Part shown: in pieces, positions 27,201 to 39,551 of the stretch | How the letters are laid out: every line of letters starts with the position of its first letter | Position numbering within the stretch: position 1 is the first letter of the stretch | Assembly (NCBI GenBank): GCA_964016885.1 | Contig: OZ024740.1 | Span: 238,080,001-238,144,000, forward strand | Direction of reading: 5' to 3' | Origin: Eledone cirrhosa | Lineage: Eukaryota | Length of the DNA stretch: 64,000 bases | Notes under the pieces: model-generated | Seen by the model: only the letters and a program-made list of their open reading frames with translations | The model's database searches: none | What the model was told of the DNA's origin: nothing | Translations under genes and position numbers: made by a program

Positions 27201-28392
27201 CAGCTAAGTATTCTATAAGTCTCTAGCTGTGTCATTCTCGATAAAAGCACTGGATATGTGGTCCTGATGATTTCTAACGAGAATGAAACGCGTAGATTAC
27301 TTCCCTTGCTTTTATCGAGAATCTAATTGTAATACGTGACGTATTCTATTCTATAGCGATTAGGTCTTCAAAATGTTTATTATAAACATACAGAATATTT
27401 TCGAATATTCTATGTCTATATTCACATATATATCGCTATTTCAGAGCATTTATTCCATTTTCTAATTTCTGCCGGACCGGCAACCGCTCTTTCAAACCAG
27501 TTCCTGTACACAGCTAAGTATTCTATAAGTCTCTAGCTGTGTCATTCTCGATAAAAGCACTGGATATGTGGTCCTGATGATTTCTAACGAGAATGAAACG
27601 CGTAGATTACTTCCCTTGCTTTTATCGAGAATCTAATTGTAATACGTGACGTATTCTATTCTATAGCGATTAGGTCTTCAAAATGTTTATTATAAACATA
27701 CAGAATATTTTCGAATATTCTATGTCTATATTCACATATATATCGCTATTTCAGAGCATTTATTCCATTTTCTAATTTCTGCCGGACCGGCAACCGCTCT
27801 TTCAAACCAGTTCCTGTACACAGCTAAGTATTCTATAAGTCTCTAGCTGTGTCATTCTCGATAAAAGCACTGGATATGTGGTCCTGATGATTTCTAACGA
27901 GAATGAAACGCGTAGATTACTTCCCTTGCTTTTATCGAGAATCTAATTGTAATACGTGACGTATTCTATTCTATAGCGATTAGGTCTTCAAAATGTTTAT
28001 TATAAACATACAGAATATTTTCGAATATTCTATGTCTATATTCACATATATATCGCTATTTCAGAGCATTTATTCCATTTTCTAATTTCTGCCGGACCGG
28101 CAACCGCTCTTTCAAACCAGTTCCTGTACACAGCTAAGTATTCTATAAGTCTCTAGCTGTGTCATTCTCGATAAAAGCACTGGATATGTGGTCCTGATGA
28201 TTTCTAACGAGAATGAAACGCGTAGATTACTTCCCTTGCTTTTATCGAGAATCTAATTGTAATACGTGACGTATTCTATTCTATAGCGATTAGGTCTTCA
28301 AAATGTTTATTATAAACATACAGAATATTTTCGAATATTCTATGTCTATATTCACATATATATCGCTATTTCAGAGCATTTATTCCATTTTT
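24289..28392 (+). repeat. 310-bp tandem array, right arm, inverted (13.2 units, 13 hammerheads on plus strand)
   Basis: reverse complement of the left-arm unit; hammerheads at 24468 + 310k up to 28188. Confidence 0.95.
24468..24510 (+). ncRNA. minimal type I hammerhead ribozyme (representative of 20 copies)
   Basis: GUGGUC-CUGAUGA-U UUCU(AACG)AGAA U-GAAA-CGCG-UA-GAUUAC; predicted cleavage after 24504; enclosed by a perfect 16-bp stem ATTCTCGATAAAAGCA/TGCTTTTATCGAGAAT. Confidence 0.8.
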
Positions 28393-28548
28393 ATATATAT
28401 ATATATATGTAAATAATTTTGAAAACCAAACAATGCATTAGGTAGAACATTAAATCGCCAAAATAACAAAAGAATCTTACCTTAGCAAATTTAATGATCC
28501 TGTGAAGATGAACAGACTGTTTCAACACTATTTAAAATTTTTTTTTTA

Positions 28549-28630
28549 ATTCTTTTTTATTCTTTTTTATTCTTTTTTATTCTTTTTTATTCTTTTTTAT
28601 TCTTTTTTATTCTTTTTTATTCTTTTTTAC
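28549..28630. repeat. (TTCTTTTTTA)n 10-bp repeat
   Basis: direct reading. Confidence 0.9.
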
Positions 28631-29284
28631 TCTTTTTAATTGTAATATTCAACATTTGATAAGATGGTCCATACTGATACATCAAAACCGGTAATATTTT
28701 ATATATTTTATACATATTATAAAACTCATTTTTTAAAAGAATTGTTCCTCTCATTTTTACAATAATGTTGCTTTGACGAATCAAAGAAGAAAAAAGGAAA
28801 TTAGAACCTTTAAATATATTTTCCGTGCTATTTCCAACTCCACTTTTCCTCTATAACCTCTGTTTTGTATAGAACCTTACTCCCTTTTCAAATATATATG
28901 TATTTATATATATATATATATACTAGCAGTAAAGCCCGGCGTTTCTCGGGGCTGCTCAGTAGCTGTGTTAAAGTTACAATGTTAAGTTCCTTTCTTGGCT
29001 TAAAAACTGTAGAGTCTACAGTGTAGACTTTCATGTGGTACTTTTGATTAATATTCCCTCAACCAACAATATGCCTTATGAAGTTAAGAAAACATAACCA
29101 TAACTCGAATGTTAAAACAAAAGAGGATGCTGGGGATAAAAACTACACTGGTAATCTATTAATAAAAATCGAAAATGTAAACACTGCAACACTTATCTCA
29201 GAGAAAAACATCAGCGTAACCAAACTATCAGTTATTTTGAAACAAAGAAATTGGATGGACATGAAAAACAAAAAAAACAAAAGT

Positions 29285-29681
29285 GCAATTTTATCGCCTA
29301 TCCCCTCTCTGCACGACTGTCTGTCTGCACAACTTTATCGCCTATATCACCTCTCTGTACGACTGTCTGTCTGCATGCCTCCATCGTCTATCAGCCCGAC
29401 TGTCTGTCTGCACAACTTCATCGCCTATATCACCTCTCTGCACGACTGTCTGTCTGCATGCCTCCATCGTCTATCAGCCCAACTGTCTGCACAACTTTAT
29501 CGCCTATATCCCCTCTCTGCACGACTGTCTGTCTGCACAACTTTATCGCCTATATCACCTCTCTGCACGACTGTCTGTCTGCATGCCTCCATCGTCTATC
29601 AGCCCGACTGTCTGTCTGCACAACTTTATCGCCTATATCACCTCTCTGCACGACTGTCTGTCTGCACAACTTTATCGCCTA
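29285..29681. repeat. compound ~36-43-bp tandem repeat
   Basis: repeating CGACTGTCTGTCTGCACAACTTTATCGCCTATATCACCTCTCTGCA. Confidence 0.9.
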
Positions 29682-30134
29682 TAGCAGTAAAGCCCGGCGT
29701 TGCTCGGGACGCTCAGTAGCTGTGTTAAAGTTACAATGTTAAGTTGCTTTCACATTCATCTGTAGAACAAACGTAGCCCATGTGTCAAGTTTTGTGAAAA
29801 TTGGTTGCGAACTCCAGAAGCTATGATGTTTTGTTGCATTGCATTGCAGTGCTTCAGTCGACTCCAAGGAAGTGGTTAAAGTGGGTTATCTTCCGGGAGG
29901 CCCTATAATCAATATCTGGAAAAATGAAAGTGCCCATGACCATCCGGAGTACATAAATAACTTATGTCTTAAGTTTGGTGAAAATACTGTAGAAGTGCAT
30001 AAGGTTTACACACGCGCGCGCGTGTGTGTTTGTGTGTGTATGTATGTATTTGTGTGTGCGTATGTATATATATGTCCGTCAGGGCATACGTATGTACTGG
30101 CCTAAATCTTCACTATTTACTTTGACTATTTTAA

Positions 30135-30255
30135 GGCAAAGTTAAAATCCCGTCGAGGTTAACTTTGCCTTTCATCCTTACGGGGTTGATAAAATAAAGT
30201 ACCAGTAATGTACTAGGTAATTGCTGGCCTTGTGCCAAAAGTAGAAACAACTATT
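30135..30255 (+). mobile_element. partial SINE family A
   Basis: TTTGCCTTTCATCCTTACGGGG core. Confidence 0.75.
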
Positions 30256-30637
30256 TTAATAACCTCTGTCATTTTCGTTTACAATTTTATTTACATCATT
30301 CTTAAACTCCGGGGCTGGAAATCATTCGGTTATTTAAAATAGAATATTAATCTAACGACTCCATTTATAGCATAAACTTAGTCTCGCCTTTGCATGAAAT
30401 TGTTCTTCTCGGTCCACATAACGACGTATTATCCTCGCTTTTTTTCTGTTCATTACCACGGAACGTCTTCACGAACCAAAATATCGTCTTCCTGTTTTCC
30501 TTCGGTTGCAACGTTTCTCGAAATATTTAAATCTGCGTTCACAGATTGAATTTTTTAGCTTAACAAGATCCCGTTAATGTTAAAAGCAGCGATTCTTTGC
30601 TTAAACTTTCTTTCTCAACCCCTCTCCCTTTTTTCTC

Positions 30638-30837
30638 NNNNNNNNNNNNNNNNNNNNNNNNNNNNNNNNNNNNNNNNNNNNNNNNNNNNNNNNNNNNNNN
30701 NNNNNNNNNNNNNNNNNNNNNNNNNNNNNNNNNNNNNNNNNNNNNNNNNNNNNNNNNNNNNNNNNNNNNNNNNNNNNNNNNNNNNNNNNNNNNNNNNNNN
30801 NNNNNNNNNNNNNNNNNNNNNNNNNNNNNNNNNNNNN
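30638..30837. other. assembly gap (200 N)
   Basis: direct reading. Confidence 1.
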
Positions 30838-31227
30838 TGTATAACGACCTATCTCACTCTCTCTCTACATCTCCCTTTCTCTCTTTAGATGTATATGTAT
30901 ATGTGTGTGTGTGTGTGTGATATATATAGAGAAAGAGTTGCAACATGTATGTAGTTTCATAGATTTTTTATGGTAGTAGTGAGAGGAATTAAGCGTGTAA
31001 GAGAGAGGGTTACAGTATGTATTCATGTATTTAGTTTTATCGATTTTTTTTCATAAAAGCAGGAAATGTTTGGCAAACTTTATTACGCGTTAACCAGCCT
31101 TGGTAAATTTGGAGCACATTGGAAATAAAATCATCAAAATCAGTAGCGAAATGTGGAAATGCATAAAAATCATACACACACACAGACAGACATCTTCCGT
31201 TTTATATATATAGATATATATATATAT

Positions 31228-32727
31228 CATCATCATCATAGTTTTACGTCCGTTCTTCCATGCTAGCATGGGTTAGACGGGTTGTCCTGTTGTGGGCAGT
31301 GTCTGGTCGGCTGACCATGCCTTGTTCATACAGGAACTGATTTTGGCTTGATTTCTACAGCTGGATACCCTTCCTAACACCAATCTCATTTACAGTGAGT
31401 GGTGGGTGCTTTTTTTCCGTGGCGCCTATACGTCCACTTTATAGTGTGGGCTGGGTGCTTTTTTGCCGTGGCACCTCCACGACCACTTTGCAGTGGGAGG
31501 GTGTGGGGGCATATTGTCTATATGCTTCAGCTTCGGCTTGTACCCATGGGAGGTCGGGTACTCTATATTACTGCGTGACGCCAGAGATCACGGTCGTGTG
31601 TCAGCACCTTTGAGAGGTGTAATTGGGTAAGGTCGGCTTTTATCACCTCATCCCAGGTCTTCTTGGGTCTCCCCACTCCGCGGTTTCCATTGACTTCTAG
31701 TGCTCTGCACCTTTTTATGCAGCTGTTATCCTTCATACGCATCATATGTCCATACCAACGCAACCGCCTCTCCTGCACACAGCATTTGATTCCTCTTATG
31801 CTCAGTCTCTCTCAATTCATTTATGCTTTGCCGTTCGCATATATTACTATTACACATCCATCGGAGCATTCAGGCTTCGTTTCTTTCTAATCTACGTAAG
31901 TCTTCCACATTCAGCGCCCAGGTCTCACTACCATGTAACATTGCTGTTCGTATACACGCACCATACAGTCTGCCTTTCATTTTGAGGGAAAAGCCTTTTT
32001 CAGCTAGCAGTGGCAGTAGCTCCCTGAACTTCTTCCATCCCATTCTTACCCTAGTTATTGTACTTTCTTAACACCCACCTCCGCTGCTAATTCGGTCACC
32101 TAGGTCGCAGAAGCTGTCTACGTCTACTGTTTCTACAGAGCCCTCCCAGAGATTGGTGGTACTTGTTTCCTGTGGCTGTTTGCTGCTTGCTGTCCCAGCT
32201 GCTACATGTGAAGCCTATATTCTTAATTAAGCTTCCTGAGATCCCACTACATCTCTTGTGTATCCATTTGGGGCAGAGAATGGAGTTCCTACCTACACCT
32301 TTCCTACATACTGAACAAGGACATTTCCCTGGGGGGATCTGGGTTCTGTTTTCTCGTCTACTTACAAGGACCTTAGTCTTTGTCAGGTTGACTTTGAGAG
32401 CCTTTCTTTCTAGTCCCTGCTTCCATGTTTGGAATTTCTTCTCTAGTTCTACCATAGATTCAGCTATAAGTGCGAAGTCATCTGCATACAGGAGTTCCCA
32501 TGGGCATCCAGTCTTAAACTCCTCCGTTATTGCCTGCAGGACTATGATGAACAGGAGAGAGCTAAGAACAGAGCCCTGGTGGACACCGACCTGTACGCTA
32601 AATTCCTCGCTATACTCATTGCTAATCCTAACTTTGCTGACTGCTCCCCTATACATGGCTTGTACAGCTTTCACAAGCCATTCATCTACTCCTAGTTTTC
32701 TAAGAGCCCACCAGATTATAGCACATG
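31228..32727 (-). mobile_element. 5'-truncated RTE LINE
   Basis: ORF 32096-32674 GVHQGSVLS, LLYADD; close to the copy at 9049; (CAT)n tail. Confidence 0.9.
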
Positions 32728-32729
32728 GA

Positions 32730-32760
<31 letters not shown>

Positions 32761-32761
<1 letters not shown>

Positions 32762-32792
32762 CTAGCAGCGTATCCTGGCGTTGCACGGGTAA
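32761..32792 (-). mobile_element. Helitron-like 3' terminus (hairpin plus CTAG)
   Basis: plus strand ACTAGCAGCGTATCCTGGCGTTGCACGGG. Confidence 0.5.
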
Positions 32793-33723
32793 GAACATTG
32801 GTAATACCACCTTCAATGAGAAACGTTTATTTGTGGGTGCCTGTTAAAAACTCACGAAAATATACCGACTTGAAACTTGTTTTATTTGGAGAAAATTAAG
32901 AAGTTGAAAGTACAGTTTAGCTGTCTATGTGCATTGTTCATAGAAATATTGTTGAGCCCCTTCTTTTCATACTCCTCTGTTTTGGCCTTTTGGAGTAAAT
33001 GTGAAAGAGAAAGTCAAAGGTTAAGTTGGCAGAAGGTTCCAGTGTCATAGCAGTAAGGCGTAGGCTACTTACCTCAAAAGTTCATTGACACTCTTTCCAC
33101 TAAGTTACTCTTTCTCTCTATCCCTCTCGGTGCAGTCCCTTGCGAATTTCTCGCATAGGCCTGGTGTAGATTTGCACCCAATCCATCTACCCGATGCACA
33201 TGTCCGCTTTGTACAGCTTTTGGAGGAAGGAGTGACCAGCAGTACGTTGTTCGGTATTATTACGAAAAGGTGTAGCAGAGAATCCCGCGTGAACTAACAG
33301 CTCGGGAGGAAACTGCTTACCTCGAAGATTCATTTGCCATCGTTCTTGTCAACTCTCCGTTTACTTGGTATTTGTTGGTCTACAGTTAGATGAATTGTGC
33401 ACAAAGGGTTAATGATTATTGGCAAGAAGTTTTTTGAATAATAAAAGACGGGTTAAAGCGACCTACAATGTATCTGCGTATCTCTCTCTATATATATATA
33501 TTAACCTTTTAAGGAATTACACCAGTCCAGCCTCCTGTTATTTTATAATAATTAACTCCGTACTCGCACCACCAACTACACAAACGAAGACGTGTGAGTT
33601 GCGTTACGTTGAGTGCTCTCCCTAATATTACATTGAGGTTGACCATACCAAATTACGAGTTCTATCCAGTGGTGAACCAACAAACCTAAATAAATATATA
33701 TATATATATATATACACACACAG

Positions 33724-33834
<111 letters not shown>

Positions 33835-33837
33835 TAC

Positions 33838-33868
<31 letters not shown>

Positions 33869-33934
33869 TATATATATATATATGTGTGTGTGTATGCATG
33901 CATATATACATATGTATGTGTGTGTGTGTATGTA

Positions 33935-34277
33935 TCATCATCATCATTTCATTTTACGTCTGTTTTTTCCCTGCTTGCAAGGGTGTGACGGGAACTGATG
34001 CTGGCTTGATTTCTACAGCTGGATGCCCTTCCTAACACCAACCTCATTTACAGTGAGTGCTGGGTGATTTTTTGCCGTGGTACCTACACGACCACTTTGC
34101 AGTGGAATGATAGGTACCCTAGTCCCTATCATCTCATTTCTACACCTGAGTAAACTCGAGCAATGTGAAATAAAGTGTCTTGCTCAAGGAAACAACACGT
34201 CACCCGGTCTGAGAATTAAACTCACAACCTTTCGATTGCAAGGCCAATGCTTTAACCACTAAGCCATGTGCCTCCAT
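33935..34277 (-). mobile_element. tRNA-derived SINE family B with RTE-derived tail
   Basis: diverged reverse complement of 34294-34640. Confidence 0.85.
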
Positions 34278-34293
34278 GTATGTATATATATAT

Positions 34294-34640
34294 ATGGAGG
34301 CACATGGCTTAGTGATTAGAGCATTGGGCTTGCAATCGAAAGGTTGTCAGTTCAATTCTCAGGCCAGGTGATGTGTTGTTTCCTTGAGCAAGACACTTTA
34401 TTTCACATTGCTCCAGTTTACTCAGCTGTAGAAATGAGATGATAGGCACTGGGGTCCATATCATTCCACTGCAAAGTGGTCGTGGAGGTGTCACAGCAAA
34501 AAAGCACCCAGCACTCACTGTAAATGAGGTTGGTGTTAGGAAGGGCATCCAGCTGTAGAAATCGAGTCAGAATCAGTTCCCGTCCCACCCTTGCTAGCAG
34601 GTAAAAGTGGACGTGAAATGAAATGATGATGAATGATGAT
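34294..34640 (+). mobile_element. tRNA-derived SINE family B with RTE-derived tail
   Basis: A-box TGGCTTAGTGA, B-box GTTCAATT, CCTTGAGCAAGACACTT core; 3' part matches RTE 3'UTR at 9751-9860. Confidence 0.85.
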
Positions 34641-34697
34641 ATGTGTGTGTGTGTGTGTGTGTGTATACATATATTTTTATGTGTATATTTATATATA

Positions 34698-34730
<33 letters not shown>

Positions 34731-34828
34731 GTGTATATGTGTTTGTATATGTATACATTTATGTGTATATGTGTTTGTATATGTATATATATGTGTATAT
34801 GTGTTTGTATATGTATATATATATATAT

Positions 34829-34944
34829 ATAGGAAAAAGTAAGACCCCGACGGCAGAGCTCAAGCCGTTTCGACGGCTATTTCAGTCCAGAAATAGCCGT
34901 CGAAACGGCTTGAGCTCTGCCGTCGGGGTCTTACTTTTTCCTAT
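34829..34944. repeat. perfect 55-bp-arm palindrome, loop AGTCCA, containing the 3' part of a hammerhead
   Basis: 34829-34883 is the reverse complement of 34890-34944. Confidence 0.9.
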
Positions 34945-35020
34945 TTCCCACTCTACTACCCTAAGTATTGAGTAGTCTGGTGCCTTATGGTCCATCTGGT
35001 TCCTTACCACAATTCCTTTG

Positions 35021-35080
<60 letters not shown>

Positions 35081-35147
35081 GTGTATATATGTGTGTGTAT
35101 ATGTATATATGTGTATATGTATATATGTGTATATATATATATATAAG

Positions 35148-35265
<118 letters not shown>

Positions 35266-36289
35266 TAGCGAACATAATACATCAGCAATGACGTGTTCGT
35301 CAGAATGTGGTTATGCAGACAGCCAGACATACAGACAGATATTATACGGGCTCGACGGAGATCGATAACCGGCGCCTAACACCCCTTTAACAACAGAAAA
35401 TTGAAAAATAAAAGCGGCAGTTAGTAACTTTAGACCGCAAGGAATATATAAATGCAAGTTTGAAGTCAATCGGAGTAGAAAAATGGATCTGTATAGACTT
35501 TGCAAATATGGGGGACACACACACACACAAACAACAACATTTTTATATATATAGATAGCAGAAAACCACCCGGGGGCGGTTTTCTGCTAGTCTATATATC
35601 TAAAACCGATCGTTTTCAAACTTTAGACATGTAATACTTATGGTCCTGTGAGTGTTTTGAGCAAAAATTATTTCAAATTTTCAATGCTCTAGGGACCGCA
35701 TTTGGCGATTTAGCGTTCTCTCTATATAATTCTTAGTCTTTCTTTTTAGATAGATACATAGATATAACGTTGCGCCCTTATAATATCTGTCTGTATGTCT
35801 GGCTGTCTGCATTACGTCATTATGACGCGCTCAGCGAGATTCCCTCGGCCTCAGTGACCAAAGTCAGTGGAGAGGGGAAGGTAATGTTTCTGTAGCACGT
35901 GTTTTAGCGTCTAATCACTCTCTCTCTCTCCCTCCCGCTATCCCCCTCTCGTAGTCTGTCTCTTTCTTTCACTCTCACACTCTCTCTACGCACGTGTTTC
36001 CACTGTCGGACAGACAGACAGAGAAATTGCTGGTTATATATATAAGTAGATAGTCATTCTTCAAGCAACAAAGCAAGCCAGTACTGTTATTCCGTTTATA
36101 ATGTCTGTATAATTCATCTATATTAGCTATTCATAGACAGATAGACTTCTAGATTTTCTCAGAGCTCAATGTATTTATTCCTTAGAGACCAATACGTGCA
36201 TATAATAATTTTCTTAAAGACCAATACGTGCATATATTTATTTATCTCACATCCCCCCCCACACACACACACACACCCCATTGACGGGA

Positions 36290-39200
36290 AACTCCCCAAA
36301 TTCCGAATCGACACCATCAATGTGAGCACAATGAAAGGAAGAACAGGAGAAATTGTTGAGATGTTAGAGCAAAAGGAAATTGATATTGTGTGCAAGAGAC
36401 TAGATGGAGAGGAGGCTCTGCTAGGCTCCTCATTGGTAAAAAAACAATGCTACAAATTTCTCTAGTCGGGAAATGACAATGGGTTGGGTGGTGCAGATAT
36501 GCTATTAGCTGATAAATGGGTAGATAAGATAATCTCAGTGAACAGGATAAACGTGAGAATCATTAAACTCAGACTAGTCCTGAATAAAATAATAGTTACA
36601 ATTATATCTGCTTACGCACACACCAATCTGGGTTGTCAGACGAACTTAAGGATAGGTTTTACGAGTCTTTAATGCACACTACCACTCTAATGAATGACAA
36701 TGACTTCCTACTCATTGCAGGGGACTTTAACGGACATGTTGGGAAACATAGTGATGGCTTCTACAGAGGCCATGGAGGCTACGGGTTTGGTGTAAGAAAT
36801 GAGGAAGGTTACAGGCTTCTAGAATTCTGCGACACCAATGACCTATCGATATGTAACACAAACTTCAAAAAGCCCGACAACCACCTGATCACCTATAGAT
36901 CCAGGGAGAATACTAGTCAGATAGATTTTATTCTTACCAGAGGATGAGATAGATGGATGGTTGTAAACATGAAAGCCTTCCCGGGTGAGGAATGTACCTC
37001 GCAACACAGCCTAGTAATCAGCGACCTCACTGTCAGTGCTAGGCAAACTTTGAAATAGAAGGCAACCGGGAGAAGAAAGATCTGGAAGCTGAAAGATCAC
37101 TCAGCCAGTAAAAGATTTAGAGATATTTTACTTGTCGCGTATGACAGTAAAGAAGAACAGATATAGACATTCAATGTAGAAGAGCACTGGGAGTTCCTAA
37201 AAAATAACCTACTAAAGGCGACAGGCGAGATCTGTGGCTGGAGCAAGACTGCAGGGAGAGGAGTGACTTGGTGGTGGAACAATAAGGTAGATGAAGCAAT
37301 TAAGGCCAAGAAACAGGCATGGAGAAATGGAAGAGTGAGGGAAGCAGGGTACATTACATAGAGACCAAGAGGGAAACTAGGCAACAAGTATACTTAGCTA
37401 GAAGGGAAATGGAGGATAAAAAATTCAAGCATGTTTTACAGTGTGAGAACCAGATACAGGTGTTCAGGATTGCAAGGCAGTGTGTTAGAGAAAATTGTGA
37501 TGTCTTTGGTGAGAAGTGTGTCTGGGATGATAAAGGTGCACTTGCCTTCACATGTGCTGAGAAGAAAGATGCGTGGAAAAGCCATTATGAAAGATTTCTG
37601 AATGAAGAGAATGCATAGGAGAAAGAGGCCCTACCCCAAGTGGACCCCATTGAGGTCCCTGCAGTACAAGTCAGCAGCAGTGTAGTAAGTAAGGTAATTA
37701 AGGATATGAAAGCTGGGAAAGCAGCCATTCCATTAGGAATAGTTGCTGAGATGCTGAAAGCATCTGGGTCGGTAGGACACACCATAACCACACGTATTGT
37801 AAACCAAGTAATACTAGATGGCGTCATACCAAATGATTGGCACAGCAGCATCATTGTCAATTGCTACAAGGGTAAAGGAGATGCACTAAATAGAGGTAAC
37901 TATAGAGGTATAAAACTGATGGACTAGGTCATGAAAGTAACACAAAGAGTCATAGCACAGTTGATTGGGGACAAGGTAAATCTAGATGAAATGCAGTTAG
38001 GATTTGTGCCAGGCAAAAGCACCACTGATGCTCTCTTCCTTGAAAAAGTACCCAGCTGAAAGTAAGCCTCTCTACCTGGTATTTGTGGATCTGGAGAAAG
38101 CTTCTGACAGAGTGCCCATGACATAATTTGGTGGGCTCTTAGAAAACTAGGAGTAGATGAGTGGCTTGTGATCGCTGTACAAGCCATGTATAAAGGAGTA
38201 GTCAGCAAAGTCAGGATTAACAATGACTACACCAAGGAATTTAGCATACAAGTTGGCGTCCACTAAGGTTCTGTTCTTAACCTTCTCCTGTTTATTATCC
38301 TTTTGTAGGCTATAACAGAGGAGTTGAAGACCGGCTGCCCATGGAAACTTCTGTACATGGATGATGTTACACTCATAGCTGAATCTATGGTGGAACTAGG
38401 GAAGAAATTCAAACATGGAAGCAGGGCCTAAAAAGAAGGGGTCTTAAAGTCAACCTGACAAAGACTAAGGTCCTAGTAAGTAGAAGAGAAAACAGAACTC
38501 AGATACCCTCAGGGAAATGTCCTTGTTCAGTATGTAGGAAAGGTGTAAGTAGAAAATCCATCCTCTGCCTCATATGCAAACTATGGGTAACAAGAGTGGG
38601 ATCTCAGGAAATTTAGCTAAGAATGTAGGCTTTACATGTAACAGTTGCACTGGAACAGTAAGCAGCAAACGAACGCAGGAAACATGCACTACCAAATTCT
38701 TGGAGGGCTCTGCAGCAACAGTAGACAGTTTCTGCTACCTAGGTGACCGAATTAGCTGTGGTGGTGGGTGTTCTATATGATGCTGCATGGAAGTGAGACC
38801 TGGGCGATGTGTGCAGAAGACTTGCGTAGATTGGAAAGAAATGAAGCTTGCATGCTCCGCTGGATGTGTAATAGTAATATATGAGAATGGCGAGGTATAA
38901 ATGAACTGAGAGAGAAACTAGGCATAAGAGGAATCAAATGCTGTGTGCAGGAGAGGAGATTGCGTTGGCATGGACATGTGAGGCGTAAAAAAGTGCAGAG
39001 TGCTCAAACTCAATGGAAGTTTTGGAGTGGGGAGACCCAGGAAGACTTGGGATGAGGTGCTAAAAGCCGACCTTACCCCAATTGTACCTCTCAAAGACAA
39101 TGACACATGATCGAGGTCTCTGGCAATACGCAGTAATACAGAAGACCCGACTTCCCACAAACACAAGCCAAAGCATATATAAAGTATGAGGACAGGCAAA

Positions 39201-39476
39201 AGTAAATACATCCAGTGAAGCCTCCAGCCCACACACATGGAAAAAAGTGCCCAACCCACTCTGTAAAGTGGTTGTGTAGGGGTCATGACAAAAAGCACCC
39301 AGTACTCACTGTAAATGAGTTTGGCATTAGGATCAGCATCCAGCTGTTGAAACCAAGCCAGAATCAGTCCTGTATGAGCAAGACATGGTCATCTGACCTA
39401 GCATTGCCCACAATAGGACAACCCATCTAACACATGCTGGAGTGGAAAATGGATGTAAGATGGAGGTGATAATGAT
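36290..39476 (+). mobile_element. near full-length degraded RTE LINE (APE plus RT)
   Basis: TINVSTMKGRTGEI, IISAYA, AGDFNGHVG, SQIDFIL, YKGKGDALNRGNYRGIKL; many stops and frameshifts. Confidence 0.9.
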
Positions 39477-39490
39477 ATATGTATATACAC

Positions 39491-39548
<58 letters not shown>

Positions 39549-39551
<3 letters not shown>

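Larger units (their letters stand above)
28922..31214 (-). mobile_element. non-autonomous Helitron-like element(s); duplicated 3' end (28922 and ~29681), internal tandem repeats, 5'-like end at 31214
   Basis: minus strand CCCGAG(A/C)AACGCCGGG hairpin followed by CTAG (CTAT in the second copy); ATCTATATATATAAA-type 5' end; continuity across the N gap is unproven. Confidence 0.55.

Noticed and set aside
22027-28392. rDNA, 5S, tRNA or snRNA tandem gene array
   Set aside because: no recognisable rRNA, tRNA or snRNA sequence in the unit; the hammerhead fold explains its structure better
29078-29742. Cys-rich repetitive ORFs
   Set aside because: translations of the internal tandem repeat, open in all three frames
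33060-33385. two minus-strand GAG|GTAAG donor-like sites suggesting exons
   Set aside because: candidate exons do not join into an open frame and lie next to a Helitron-like end
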